From Laetmonice hystrix (Eukaryota): a DNA stretch of 64,000 nucleotides. A program made the position numbers and the translations under genes. Within the stretch, counting starts at the first letter, position 1; each line of letters starts with the position of its first letter. The notes below the pieces were generated by a model. It was not told the DNA's origin, ran no database searches, and was given only the letters and a program-made list of their open reading frames with translations. The stretch spans positions 682,001-746,000 of the forward strand of contig OZ249436.1 in NCBI GenBank assembly GCA_965235115.1, in the 5' to 3' direction. Below are positions 35,962 to 50,142 of the stretch, piece by piece.

Positions 35962-37957
35962 ATGGTGTCAAAACTAGCTGCGGGAAAAGCTGGGGCGCCA
36001 CGGCGTGGTAAGCAGCGTGCTCCTGTACCCGAGGAGCCACCTCGTCGGGTCCCCGAGCCGCAGGCAGGTTCCAGTGCAGACAGAGCCCAAGGCAGGACTG
36101 TCCAAAGTGAGAGGGCAGCCAGTGCACCTAGTAATGGAAAGGGTTCAAGGGTTGCAGATGCCCAAACAAGGACAGCAAGTGCAAATCATAGGTCAGGTGG
36201 TGCACATGGCCAAGAGAGCAGTTCTGGGGGAGTTGTTGTTCCAGGATCATCTCGAGGTAGGGCCAAGGCCAGTAAGACTGCCCAGGGTGGAGGTCATGGC
36301 AGTCGGTCTGCGGGCCGAGCAGGGGGTAGAAAACCCATGGGAGGATCTCCAGTAAGGGTTGTAGCGGGACGCCCTGGCCATGGTGGGAGTCAGCAGACAC
36401 GCCCGGTACCGGAAGCCTTGGCAGTATCTGCACGGACAGAACCTTCTCATGAGCGGGGTAAGGGTTCAGAGCCAAAAGACAGGCATCAGAGACAAGGACA
36501 GTCTCAGACAAGGCAAGTACAGTCGCTTGCACAATCTCAGACAAGGCCAGCTCAAGGTTCCTCCAGGCAGGTTCAAGGATCCTCTGCAAGCAGTGCCACG
36601 CGGGGTCAGCGTCAAATGGATCCAAAGGAGAGATACCTGAGGAAGGCCCAAATGGTGCAGGCGGCAAAGGTAAAGGCGGAGGCACCCAGTCCACCTGTTC
36701 ATGGTGGTCAGGGTCACAAAGCTGGCAGATCGGGGGAAGGAAAGGCCACAGGAAATGGTGGTAATGTGTCACGCGGTGGTTCAACTGGAAACCCAGGAGC
36801 AGTAGGAGGTGTTGAGACCAGGAGACCAACGGACCAAAGGAATATCAGCAGCCCAAGAAGTCCAACAGAGTCAAAAGGTCCCAAATATACGAAGAATGGC
36901 TCTAAGAGTGTCACAGTGGGTGTAACCAGTGGAGCAAGAGTGAAAGATTCTACAGATCAAAGTGCAAGTAGTTCAAGAACTACCAATCTAGAAAGTCAAG
37001 GAAATAGTGTTGAAAGTGGTCGGATTGTAAGTACTATTGATGCTATTGTTGAAGTTAGAAATCCTGTATCTGTGCCGGTAACTGGGGAACCGTCTGAGAA
37101 CAGACCTGATACTTCGACTGTTACAGTGGCTGCTGTCATTGAAGCAGTTCCTAATATGGGCAATGAGATGCTGAACCAAGCACAGCCTTCTGAAGGTACT
37201 GGCCAAAATGGGGAGGCTGGTCAGGGAAATTTGGACCAACTCATGGACAACAGTGTAGCGCGAATAACGGTGAATGCTCGAGGTGAGGTGGCACGGAACA
37301 AAATTACGCAAGGTGCCGTTTCTTTAGATCCTTCAGCTTCAGGATCACCAGGTGCTGTGGCTGTGTCTCGACCTTTGTTCTCAGCATCAAGGATGGCACC
37401 AATTGTTCCGGCTCCTCAAGGAAACAGCCTTCTGCCATCTTCCAATGCCTTGAACAGGGAGGCCAGTGATGGTGTCATAGAACCAAGCACCCTTCAGCTG
37501 GATATAGTGAGTCGGGGAGTAGATAGTGGAGGGGCAAGCCCTGAGCACAGCCCAATTCAGACTCAGCACCTAAATGCCGGTGTCAGTGGCAGCAGGACTG
37601 ACAACAACCAGGCTTTACCTGATATACTCAATTCTCACATTTTACCCCCATATACAGTCCGTCAGAATCAACACAGGTCCGCGCGACAGAACAACCGTAT
37701 ACGAAACAACCAGCAAAGACCTGCCAACCAACGGGTTGCTGCGAACCCACCGGGGATGACCCAGCTAGAGGATGCAGAGAAAGGGTGCTGTAACCACGAG
37801 TGTTGCCTGAGTTGTGTTACTGTGATGACTACATTCCGATGGGTGTTAGTGTCTCTAGCCATGTTAGGAGTTTGTTGTGTTGTGACGGGCATCATCCTTG
37901 GAGCCTTACACATGACTGTCGGTTCAAGCTTCCTCACCCTTTCCCTTATGTTTATTG
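35962..37957 (+). CDS. Uncharacterised membrane protein, large first coding exon (Gly/Ser/Gln/Arg-rich disordered region, Cys cluster, TM helix 1 and start of TM2)
   Basis: 2-kb non-repetitive ORF; acceptor tttcag at 35934, in-frame TAA 9 nt before the ATG; hydrophobic WVLVSLAMLGVCCVVTGIILGAL; ATTG|GTAAGT donor. Confidence 0.85.
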
Positions 37958-38484
37958 GTAAGTACAACATTATTAAACCAATATTATTTGTTGTAACCCA
38001 TATTATTTATCATGAAGAAGGACTTATAATCTTACTAAAAAAAAGCCTTATACTGTAAAGTGGGGATATTTTGAACTATGTGGTCCTTTCATTCAGCCAT
38101 AATAACATTGGAATGCACTAAAACACATTTTATTTACCTTAAAAGTTCTTTCTTCTTCCTAATATATTGGAATTTCGACTAATAGAATATTTCTCAGAGG
38201 AAAATAGCTCCTCAATAAATTTCCAAACATGGCCTCCATGTTTTTTAAGGTTTTACAAGCAAACTTTTTTTCTGAGGGATTAATTTATGCCACCAACCTT
38301 AGCTTAAGAGTACAGTATAGGCCGTACATACAGACTAAGAGGAAAAACTGAACCTATTTGTCAGCTGACTTTATATAATAGCAAATTATCAGAACTGCAA
38401 ATAAAACATTTATAGGCTTTTTGGGATTACTTTGAACAGTATCCCTCAATTTCCAAAATTGCTAAAGTGAAGCAAACACCACCT

Positions 38485-39752
38485 CCCATTGTAAGAGGGC
38501 CAACCCATTGCTTTACCTGGGCAATAAACAAAACAATGGCACGTCTTGGTCTCCAGACCCAGGTATCAGGGCGGCATCCCATTGTGACAGGGCCAACCCA
38601 TTGCTTTACCTGGGCAATGAAAACAATGGCAATGTCTTGGTCTCCAGACCCAGGTATCAGCCGCATCCCATTGTGACAGGGCCAACCCATTGCTTTACCT
38701 GGGCAATGAAAACAATGGCAATGTCTTGGTCTCCAGACCCAGGTATCAGCCGCATCCCATTGTGACAGGGCCAACCCATTGCTTTACCTGGGCAAAGAAA
38801 ACAATGGCCAGCATGTCTTGGTCTCCAGACCCAGGTATCAGCCGCATCCCATTGTAAGAGGGCCAACCCATTGCTTTACCTGGGCAATGAAAACAATGGC
38901 ATGTCTTGGTCTCCAGACCCAGGTATGAGCCGCATCCCATTGTGACAGGGCCAACCCATTGCTTTACCTGGGCAAAGAAAACAATGGCCAGCATGTCTTG
39001 GTCTCCAGACCCAGGTATCAGGGCCGCATCCCATTGTAAGAGGGCCAACCCATTGCTTTACCTGGGCAATGAAAACAATGGCATGTCTTGGTCTCCAGAC
39101 CCAGGTATCAGCCGCATCCCATTGTAAGAGGGCCAACCCATTGCTTTACCTGGGCAAAGAAAACAATGGCCAGCATGTCTTGGTCTCCAGACCCAGGTAT
39201 CAGCCGCATCCCATTGTAAGAGGGCCAACCCATTGCTTTACCTGGGCAAAGAAAACAATGGCCAGCATGTCTTGGTCTCCAGACCCAGGTATCAGGGCCG
39301 CATCCCATTGTAAGAGGGCCAACCCATTGCTTTACCTGGGCAATGAAAACAATGGCATGTCTTGGTCTCCAGACCCAGGTATCAGCCGCATCCCATTGTA
39401 AGAGGGCCAACCCATTGCTTTACCTGGGCAAAGAAAACAATGGCCAGCATGTCTTGGTCTCCAGACCCAGGTATCAGGGCCGCATCCCATTGTAAGAGGG
39501 CCAACCCATTGCTTTACCTGGGCAATGAAAACAATGGCATGTCTTGGTCTCCAGACCCAGGTATCAGCCGCATCCCATTGTAAGAGGGCCAACCCATTGC
39601 TTTACCTGGGCAAAGAAAACAATGGCATGTCTTGGTCTCCAGACCCAGGTATCAGCCGCATCCCATTGTGACAGGGCCAACCCATTGCTTTACCTGGGCA
39701 AAGAAAACAATGGCAGGTCTTGGTCTCCAGACCCAGGTATCAGCCGCATCCC
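38485..39752. repeat. Minisatellite, ~88-94-bp units x~14
   Basis: cccattgtaagagggccaacccattgctttacctgggcaa...ctccagacccaggtatcagccgcat repeated. Confidence 0.94.
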
Positions 39753-40070
39753 AAATCTTGATTAATTTTACGAGGAAAAGGTATGGCCTTTACAATTACA
39801 GGGAAGATTATATAAATGGTAATTTTAGACCTGGCAGCACTACCATCTTGGCATCCTCGGCAACAAACGTTTTTCATTGATCCTAAGTTTTATTTAATCA
39901 TTTTAATGTTCCTGGTGCTGGTTCCTGTACAGCCTAGGTCTGGCATGGATGGTGAATGAATCATAAAGAGGAAGGTAAAATATTAAATAAGGTTTTAAAA
40001 AATCATTAACTATACATAACGAGTATATGGGTTTCCCGAGATTATACTTGGCTCAGGGTTATGTTTATGT

Positions 40071-41742
40071 ATCACACAGATTTACACAATGAGTAGGATT
40101 GTGGCAGTCATTCTATGAACAAGTAGGATTGTGGCAGTCATTCTATGAACAAGTAAGATTGTGACAGTCATTCTATGAACAAGTAGGATTGTGGCAGTCA
40201 TTCTATGAACAAGTAGGATTGTGGCAGTCATTCTATGAACAAGTAGGATTGTGGCAGTCATTCTATGAACAAGTAGGATTGTGGCAGTCATTCTATGAAC
40301 AAGTAGGATTGTGGCAATCATTCCATGAACTAATCACACAGATTTACACAATGAGTAGGATTGTGGCAGTCATTCTATGAACTAATCGCACAGATTTACA
40401 CAATGAGTAGGATTGTGGCAGTCATTCTATGAACAAGTAGGATTGTGGCAGTCATTCTATGAACTGATCACACAGATTTACACAATGAGTAGGGTTGTGG
40501 CAGTTATTCTATGAACTGATCACACAGATTTACACAATGAGTAGGATTGTGGCAGTCATTCTATGAACAAGTAAGATTGTGGCAGTCATTCTATGAACAA
40601 GTAGGATTGTGGCAGTCATTCTATGAACAAGTAAGATTGTGGCAGTCATTCTATGAACAAGTAAGATTGTGGCAGTCATTCTATGAACAAGTAGGATTGT
40701 GGCAGTCATTCTGTGAACAAGTAGGATTGTGGCAGTCATTCTATGAACAAGTAGGATTGTGGCAGTCATTCTATGAACAAGTAGGATTGTGGCAGTCATT
40801 CTATGAACAAGTAGGATTGTGGCAGTCATTCTATGAACTAATCACACAGATTTACACAATGAGTAGGATTGTGGCAGTCATTCTATGAACAAGTAGGATT
40901 GTGGCAGTCATTCTATGAACGAGTAGGATTGTGGCAGTCATTCTATGAACAAGTAGGATTGTGACAGTCATTCTATGAACAAGTAGGATTGTGGCAGTCA
41001 TTCTGTGAACAAGTAGGATTGTGGCAGTCATTCTATTCACAAGTAGGATTGTGGCAGTCATTCTATGAACAAGTAGGATTGTGGCAGTTATTCCATGAAC
41101 TAATCGCACAGATTTACACAATGAGTAGGATTGTGGCAGTCATTCTATGAACAAGTAGGATTGTGGCAGTCATTCTATGAACAAGTAGGATTGTGGCAGT
41201 CATTCCATGAACTAATCGCACAGATTTACACAATGAGTAGGATTGTGGCAGTCATTCTATGAACAAGTAGGATTGTGACAGTCATTCTATGAACAAGTAG
41301 GATTGTGGCAGTCATTCTGTGAACAAGTAGGATTGTGGCAGTCATTCTATGAACAAGTAGGATTGTGGCAGTCATTCTATGAACAAGTAGGATTGTGGCA
41401 GTCATTCTATGAACAAGTAGGATTGTGGCAGTCATTCTATGAACAAGTAGGATTGTGGCAGTCATTCTATGAACAAGTAGGATTGTGGCAGTCATTCTAT
41501 GAACAAGTAGGATTGTGGCAGTCATTCTATGAACTAATCACACAGATTTACACAATGAGTAGGATTGTGGCAGTCATTCTATGAACAAGTAGGATTGTGG
41601 CAGTCATTCTGTGAACAAGTAGGATTGTGGCAGTCATTCTGTGAACAAGTAGGATTGTGGCAGTCATTCTATGAACAAGTAGGATTGTGGCAGTCATTCT
41701 ATGAACAAGTAGGATTGTGGCAGTCATTCTATGAACTGATCA
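40071..41742. repeat. Compound minisatellite, 30-bp unit with interspersed ~49-bp variant
   Basis: agtaggattgtggcagtcattctatgaaca repeated. Confidence 0.95.
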
Positions 41743-43350
41743 GAATCTGACCTGACCCGCCCAGTTTTAGTGATCTCATACAATTGTGCTGGGTTGGGGA
41801 AAGGTGTGCTGGCGTGGTCGGAGAACTAGACTGTGACTGGCCAATATGGTGCCTTGTGGCCACCTCGCCAGGTTTGACAGTGGGATAGGGCACAGGGCAG
41901 CGTGCCCATCCGTGATACAGCCTGACAGATATAGGTTGATGTGTGCGAGCCGTGCCAATTAGAACATGTCAGGATGAAATTGTTTTAATATAGCGGGGGT
42001 GGTGAACAACCGATGGTCGGGAGTCTGTGCTAGTAGACAGGTCAAGGCATGCCCTTGTTATTTCTTTATACTCTGAATAATACTGGGATTGCCAAAGTCT
42101 GAATTTCAGATTTTTCCCCATTAAAGAAGGATCTCATGTGATTGGTATTCTAAGATGTGATACTGAGGGAGGCCAGAAGGAAGTCAGTGTATGATGGTGT
42201 CCTTTGAACCAGCTGCCAGCATAAATAGCTACATGCCAACCAGATGCCAGTCTCTGGCGACGTTCTGTTACCGTGACCGACCCTTGGGATGTACTGCTCA
42301 ACTAGGCTTGAGAACACTGAACTCATGAACCTGCCAGATTCTGTCAAGTTCTACAGAGGTACCGGTGCCAGCGTTTCACAGACTTTGCCAGGGACAACTT
42401 AGCATCCTATAATAGATCAGTGTACTACCGCAATCTTCCCTGTAAAAGCCGCACTTTTTCCTCCGAAAGGATTATCAGGCTTCGGGGATGTGGCTGTGTG
42501 TTCATGAGCACTTGGGTCTAGAGACCAATACCTGCCATCGTTTTCAATGCTCAGGTAAAGCACGTTATGTACGTGGCGGTGCCTTATACACAGAATATTA
42601 TGTACGTGGGGGTGCCTTATACACGGAATATTATGTATGTGGGGGTGCCTTATACACAGAATATTATGTACGTGGGGGTGCCTCATAGTACACGGAATAT
42701 TATGTACGTGGCGGTGCCTTATACACGGAATATTATGTACGTGGCGGTGCCTTATACACAGAATATTATGTACGTGGGGGTGCCTTATACACGGAATATT
42801 ATGTACGTGGGGGTGCCTTATACATGGAATTATGTACGTGGCGGTGCCTTATACACGGAATATTATGTACGTGAGGGTGCCTTATACACGGAATATTATG
42901 TACGTGGGGGTGCCTTATACACGGAATATTATGTACGTGGGGGTGCCTTATACACGGAATATTATGTACGTGGGGGTGCCTTATACACGGAATATTATGT
43001 ACGTGGCAGTGCCTTATAGTACACGGAATATTATGTACGTGAGGGTGCCTTATACACGGAATATTATGTACGTGGCGGTGCCTTATACACAGAATATTAT
43101 GTACGTGGGGGTGCCTTATACACGGAATATTATGTACGTGGGGGTGCCTTATACACGGAATATTATGTACGTGGGGGTGCCTTATACACGGAATATTATG
43201 TACGTGAGGGTGCCTTATACACAGAATATTATGTACGTGGCGGTGCCTTATACACGGAATATTATGTACGTGGTGGTGCCTTATACACGGAATATTATGT
43301 ATGTGGCAGTGCCTTATACACTGAATATTTTTACATGGCAGTGCCTTATA

Positions 43351-43524
43351 CAGTCAGACCTCGTTTATCCGAACAGCTTGGTGCCCATTAAAATGGTTCG
43401 GATTGTGAAATATACGTATTACTAAATCATTTTAAATAGAAAATGGTAGAAGAGGTTACCAGAAAGGGTGTTCGGATTGTGAGGTATACGGATTACAGAA
43501 GCACGGATTAACGAGGTCTGACTG
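43351..43524. mobile_element. Tc1/mariner-type MITE (174 bp), TA TSD, copy 1
   Basis: ta|cagtcagacctcgtt ... aacgaggtctgactg|ta. Confidence 0.88.
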
Positions 43525-44155
43525 TACACGGAATATTATGTACGTGGCGGTGCCTTATACACAGAATATTATGTACGTGGGGGTGCCTTATACACGGAAT
43601 ATTATGTACGTGGCGGTGCCTTATACACGGAATATTATGTACGTGGCGGTGCCTTATACACGGAATATTATGTACGTGGCGGTGCCTTATAGTACACGGA
43701 ATATTATGTATGTGGCGGTGCCTTATACACGGAATATTATGTACGTGGCGGTGCCTTATACACGGAATATTATGTACGTGGCGGTGCCTTATACACGGAA
43801 TATTATGTACGTGGCGGTGCCTTATACACGGAATATTATGTACGTGGCGGTGCCTTATACACGGAATATTATGTACGTGGGGGTGCCTTATACACGGAAT
43901 ATTATGTACGTGGCGGTGCCTTATACACGGAATATTATGTACGTGGGGGTGCCTTATACACGGAATATTATGTACGTGGGGGTGCCTTATACACGGAATA
44001 TTATGTACGTGAGGGTGCCTTATACACAGAATATTATGTACGTGGCGGTGCCTTATACACGGAATATTATGTACGTGGTGGTGCCTTATACACGGAATAT
44101 TATGTATGTGGCAGTGCCTTATACACTGAATATTTTTACATGGCGGTGCCTTATA

Positions 44156-44329
44156 CAGTCAGACCTCGTTTATCCGAACAGCTTGGTGCCCATTAAAATG
44201 GTTCGGATTGTGAAATATACGTATTACTGAATCATTTTAAATAGAAAATGGTAGAAGAGGTTACCAGAAAGGGTGTTCGGATTGTGAGGTATACGGATTA
44301 CAGAAGCACGGATTAACGAGGTCTGACTG
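44156..44329. mobile_element. Tc1/mariner-type MITE (174 bp), TA TSD, copy 2
   Basis: Near-identical to copy 1, 805 bp downstream, same flanks. Confidence 0.88.
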
Positions 44330-45486
44330 TACACGGAATATTATGTACGTGGCGGTGCCTTATACACAGAATATTATGTACGTCGGGGTGCCTTATACAC
44401 AGAATATTATGTACGTGGCGGTGCCTTATACACGGAATATTATGTACGTGGCGGTGCCTTATACACGGAATATTATGTACGTGGGGGTGCCTTATACACG
44501 GAATATTATGTACGTGGGGGTGCCTTATACACAGAATATTATGTACGTGGCGGTGCCTTATACACGGAATATTATGTACGTGGGGGTGCCTTATACACGG
44601 AATATTATGTACGTGGCGGTGCCTTATAGTACACGGAATATTATGTACGTGGCGGTGCCTTATAGTACACGGAATATTATGTACGTGGCGGTGCCTTATA
44701 CACGGAATATTATGTACGTGGCGGTGCCTTATACACGGAATATTATGTACGTGGCGGTGCCTTATACACAGAATATTATGTACATGGCGGTGCCTTATAC
44801 ACAGAATATTATGTACGTGGGGGTGCCTTATACACAGAATATTATGTACGTGGCAGTGCCTTATACACGGAATATTATGTACGTGGCGGTGCCTTATACA
44901 CGGAATATTATGTACGTGGGGGTGCCTCATAGTACACGGAATATTATGTATGTGGCGGTGCCTTATACACGGAATATTATGTACGTGGCGGTGCCTTATA
45001 CACGGAATATTATGTACGTGGCGGTGCCTTATACACGGAATATTATGTACGTGGCGGTGCCTTATACACGGAATATTATGTACGTGGCGGTGCCTTATAC
45101 ACGGAATATTATGTACGTGGCGGTGCCTTATACACGGAATATTATGTACGTGGCGGTGCCTTATACACGGAATATTATGTACGTGGCGGTGCCTTATACA
45201 TGGAATATTATGTACGTGGCGGTGCCTTATAGTTATACACGGAATATTATCGTATTCTCATATCCAGGGCATTTATCCACTGCTGCCTGTCTACAGTTTA
45301 AAAGCCTGGAAGTCTAGATAGTTCTAGTAAAAGAACTATAATGTTCATCACAAGCCCAAAATTTGTGCCAGTTTTCTATCTTTTTTCTCAAAAGAAAACA
45401 AAGTTGGCAATTTGTATGTCAGTTGATACAAATCTGAGAGAAATTTGTTTTTTTGATGTTGAACCAATGGTTCGGCTGATTATCGT

Positions 45487-45731
45487 GATTTGAGGTTCAC
45501 AATGTGCACTAGGCCCGGTCAGTTATGACCTAGGTCAGACAGTGAGAGATTTGAGGTTCACAGTGTGCACTAGGCCCGGTCAGTTATGACCTAGGTCAGA
45601 CAGTGAGAGATTTGAGGTTCACAGTGTGCACTAGGCCCGGTCAGTTATGACCTAGGTCAGACAGTGAGAGATTTGAGGTTCACAGTGTGCACTAGGCCCG
45701 GTCAGTTATGACCTAGGTCAGACAGTGAGAG
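45487..45731. repeat. 61-bp unit x4
   Basis: gatttgaggttcacagtgtgcactaggcccggtcagttatgacctaggtcagacagtgaga repeated. Confidence 0.92.
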
Positions 45732-45862
45732 AAAGGACTTGTTAACGTCACTCTGCCTGAGGCTATACTATACAGGTCTGTGTCCAGAACAGATCATATA
45801 GACCCACAGTCGTTATGGTTACTACAGACTCAGGGGCAACAAATTGTAGACTGGTTAAACAT

Positions 45863-48800
45863 GTGGATGAACTGAGTTCATGGTGTCAGAGATTGAGTTT
45901 CTCTGAGTGGATGAACTGAGTTCATGCTGTCAGAGATTGAGTTTCTCTGAGTGGATGAACTGAGTTCATGGTGTCAGAGATTGAGTTTCTCTGAGTGGAT
46001 GAATGTAGTTCATGGTGTCAGAGATTGAGTTTCTCTGAGTGGATGAATGTAGTTCATGGTGTCAGAGATTGAGTTTCTCTGAGTGGATGAATGTAGTTCA
46101 TGGTGTCAGAGATTGAGTTTCTCTGAGTGGATGAACTGAGTTCATGGTGTCAGAGATTGAGTTTCTCTGAGTGGATGAATGTAGTTCATGGTGTCAGAGA
46201 TTGAGTTTCTCTGAGTGGATGAACTGAGTTCATGGTGTCAGAGATTGAGTTTCTCTGAGTGGATGAACTGAGTTCATGGTGTCAGAGATTGAGTTTCTCT
46301 GAGTGGATGAACTGAGTTCATGGTGTCAGAGATTGAGTTTCTCTGAGTGGATGAACTGAGTTCATGGTGTCAGAGATTGAGTTTCTCTGAGTGGATGAAC
46401 TGAGTCCATGGTGTCAGAGATTGAGTTTCTCTGAGTGGATGAACTGAGTTCATGGTGTCAGAGATTGAGTTTCTCTGAGGGGATGAACTGAGTTCATGGT
46501 GTCAGAGATTGAGTTTCTCTGAGTGGATAAACTGAGTTCATGGTGTCAGAGATTGAGTTTCTCTGAGTGGATGAAGTGAGTTCATGGTGTCAGAGATTGA
46601 GTTTGTCTGAGTGGATAAACTGAGTTCATGGTGTCAGAGAATGAGTTTCTCTGAGTGGATGAACTGAGTTCATGGTGTCAGAGATTCAGTTTCTCTGAGT
46701 GGATGAACTGAGTTCATGGTGTCAGAGATTGAGTTTCTCTGAGTCAGTGGATGAACTGAGTTCATGGTGTCAGAGATTGAGTTTCTCTGAGTGGATGAAC
46801 TGAGTTCCTGGTGTCAGAGATTGAGTTTCTCTGAGTGGATGAATGTAGTTCATGGTGTCAGAGATTGAGTTTCTCTGAGTGGATGAATGTAGTTCATGGT
46901 GTCAGAGATTGAGTTTCTCTGAGTGGATGAACTGAGTTCATGGTGTCAGAGATTGAGTTTCTCTGAGTGGATGAATGTAGTTCATGGTGTCAGAGATTGA
47001 GTTTCTCTGAGTGGATGAATGTAGTTCATGGTGTCAGAGATTGAGTTTCTCTGAGTGGATGAAGTGAGTTCATGGTGTCAGAGATTGAGTTTCTCTGAGT
47101 GGATGAACTGAGTTCATGGTGTCAGAGATTGAGTTTCTCTGAGTGGATGAATGTAGTTCATGGTGTCAGAGATTGAGTTTCTCTGAGTGGATGAATGTAG
47201 TTCATGGTGTCAGAGATTGAGTTTCTCTGAGTGGATGAATGTAGTTCATGGTGTCAGAGATTGAGTTTCTCTGAGTGGATGAACTGAGTTCATGGTGTCA
47301 GAGATTGAGTTTCTCTGAGTGGATGAAGTGAGTTCATGGTGTCAGAGATTGAGTTTCTCTGAGTGGATGAAGTGAGTTCATGGTGTCAGAGATTGAGTTT
47401 CTCTGAGTGGATGAACTGAGTTCATGGTTTCAGGGATTGAGTTTCTCTGAGTGGATGAACTGAGTTCATGGTGTCAGAGATTGAGTTTCTCTGAGTGGAT
47501 GAAGTGAGTTCATGCTGTCAGAGATTGAGTTTCTCTGAGTGGATGAACTGAGTTCATGGTGTCAGAGATTGAGTTTCTCTGAGTGGATGAATGTAGTTCA
47601 TGGTGTCAGGGATTGAGTTTCTCTGAGTGGATAAACTGAGTTCATGGTGTCAGAGATTGAGTTTCTCTGAGTGGATGAACTGAGTTCATGGTGTCAGAGA
47701 ATGAGTTTCTCTGAGTGGATGAACTGAGTTCATGGTGTCAGAGATTGAGTTTCTCTGAGTGGATGAAGTGAGTTCATGGTGTCAGAGATTGAGTTTCTCT
47801 GAGTGGATGAAGTGAGTTCATGGTGTCAGAGATTGAGTTTCTCTGAGTGGATGAAGTGAGTTCATGGTGTCAGAGATTGAGTTTCTCTGAGTGGATGAAG
47901 TGAGTTCATGGTGTCAGAGATTGAGTTTCTCTGAGTGGATGAACTGAGTTCATGGTTTCAGGGATTGAGTTTCTCTGAGTGGATGAACTGAGTTCATGGT
48001 GTCAGAGATTGAGTTTCTCTGAGTGGATGAAGTGAGTTCATGGTGTCAGAGATTGAGTTTCTCTGAGTGGATGAACTGAGTTCATGGTGTCAGAGATTGA
48101 GTTTCTCTGAGTGGATGAATGTAGTTCATGGTGTCAGAGATTGAGTTTCTCTGAGTGGATGAAGTGAGTTCATGGTGTCAGAGATTGAGTTTCTCTGAGT
48201 GGATGAACTGAGTTCATGGTTTCAGGGATTGAGTTTCTCTGAGTGGATGAACTGAGTTCATGGTGTCAGAGATTGAGTTTCTCTGAGTGGATGAAGTGAG
48301 TTCATGGTGTCAGAGATTGAGTTTCTCTGAGTGGATGAACTGAGTTCATGGTGTCAGAGATTGAGTTTCTCTGAGTGGATGAATGTAGTTCATGGTGTCA
48401 GAGATTGAGTTTCTCTGAGTGGATGAAGTGAGTTCATGGTGTCAGAGATTGAGTTTCTCTGAGTGGATGAAGTGAGTTCATGGTGTCAGAGATTGAGTTT
48501 CTCTGAGTGGATGAAGTGAGTTCATGGTGTCAGAGATTGAGTTTCTCTGAGTGGATGAATGTAGTTCATGGTGTCAGAGAATGAGTTTCTCTGAGTGGAT
48601 GAACTGAGTTCATGGTGTCAGAGATTGAGTTTCTCTGAGTGGATGAACTGAGTTCATGGTGTCAGAGATTGAGTTTCTCTGAGTGGATGAACTGAGTTCA
48701 TGGTGTCAGAGAATGAGTTTCTCTGAGTGGATGAAGTGAGTTCATGGTGTCAGAGATTGAGTTTCTCTGAGTGGATGAATGTAGTTCATGGTGTCAGAGA

Positions 48801-49191
48801 TTGAGTTTCTCTGAGTGGATGAATGTAGTTCATGGTGTCAGAGATTGAGTTTCTCTGAGTGGATGAATGTAGTTCATGGTGTCAGAGATTGAGTTTCTCT
48901 GAGTGGATGAACTGAGTTCATGGTGTCAGAGATTGAGTTTCTCTGAGTGGATGAATGTAGTTCATGGTGTCAGAGATTGAGTTTCTCTGAGTGGATGAAC
49001 TGAGTTCATGGTGTCAGAGATTGAGTTTCTCTGAGTGGATGAAGTGAGTTCATGGTGTCAGAGATTGAGTTTCTCTGAGTGGATGAACTGAGTTCATGGT
49101 GTCAGAGATTGAGTTTCTCTGAGTGGATGAAGTGAGTTCATGGTGTCAGAGATTGAGTTTCTCTGAGTGGATGAACTGAGTTCATGGTGTC
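45863..49191. repeat. Minisatellite, 44-bp unit x~75
   Basis: gtggatgaactgagttcatggtgtcagagattgagtttctctga repeated. Confidence 0.97.
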
Positions 49192-50142
49192 GCAGACGGC
49201 AGAGATTTGAGTAGACCGACAGGGATCTGCCATGTACAGTGTGTCCCCACAAACGATGTACACCCTGCGCCCTCAGATCATAAAGGGAACAAATGCTGTT
49301 ATTGACCATTTTTTCCTCAGATCCTGCCAGGCCCCCATAGATTTACAAGTCGTCACCGGGGCTGTGTCTGAATGCTTTGAATAGCTTCACGCAATGTGTA
49401 GGCCTGGTTGTTTCGTCCATCATAGGCTGGTGAACTATGCCTGCCTTCCGACAATTCATCCACCCTAAACCGACCCCCCCGACCCAGTGTAGGCAGACTG
49501 TATGCAAACATCAGGGATAGCAACATTGTCATCATATAATTGTGGTATTCTTGGCCCAGAGTCGAGGTGTGAGTCTATCATGACTATCACAAAGCACGTT
49601 TTGTTGAACACAGAGGCAGTCGTCAATGTACACGGTGTCCGTGGGACCAGGTGGATTGGAAGCACAGGTTATTTTACAGTTACCTAGTCAGACCAGCAGA
49701 CACCTTTGTTTAAAAGGGCGGTGGAGCGTACTGTGGTTTATTAGACATCCACTTTCTTTTAATTATTATTTCTGAGCAGACAGTAGCCAACACGGTTGGT
49801 TGACCTGAGTTGATATGGTATTGGACCTAAGTGGTGTTTTGAGGCTTTCCTTTTAATAAATAAACCACTTGACAGTGGGCAGGACGGGAGGTGTTATAAA
49901 TCAGTGTGACAGCTCGGCGTGACTATTGACAGACCTGTGTTATTTATTGACACAATTATTAGGTTATTATGGGATCAAACTGGTGAGGTTCTACAGGCAC
50001 TGACATGCTCCAGTTGATAGAAAACATGCTAGGTTTTAGTGTGTGACTGTCATTGTTATAAAGTTAGGAATTCCTAAATTATTATACCAGGATCTCCTTA
50101 AAAATATTCTCCAAAATGCCTACCCCTAATTATTAGAGATAC

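Larger units (their letters stand above)
42565..45250. repeat. Minisatellite, 30-bp unit, containing two MITE copies
   Basis: tatgtacgtggcggtgccttatacacggaatat repeated. Confidence 0.95.

Noticed and set aside
37958..38058. C-terminal 33 aa of the 698-aa ORF
   Set aside because: Read-through past a consensus GTAAGT donor into AT-rich intron
40071..49191. Regularly spaced 30-44-bp repeats, some hairpin-forming, superficially CRISPR-like
   Set aside because: No unique spacers, no cas genes, eukaryotic intron context; plain minisatellites
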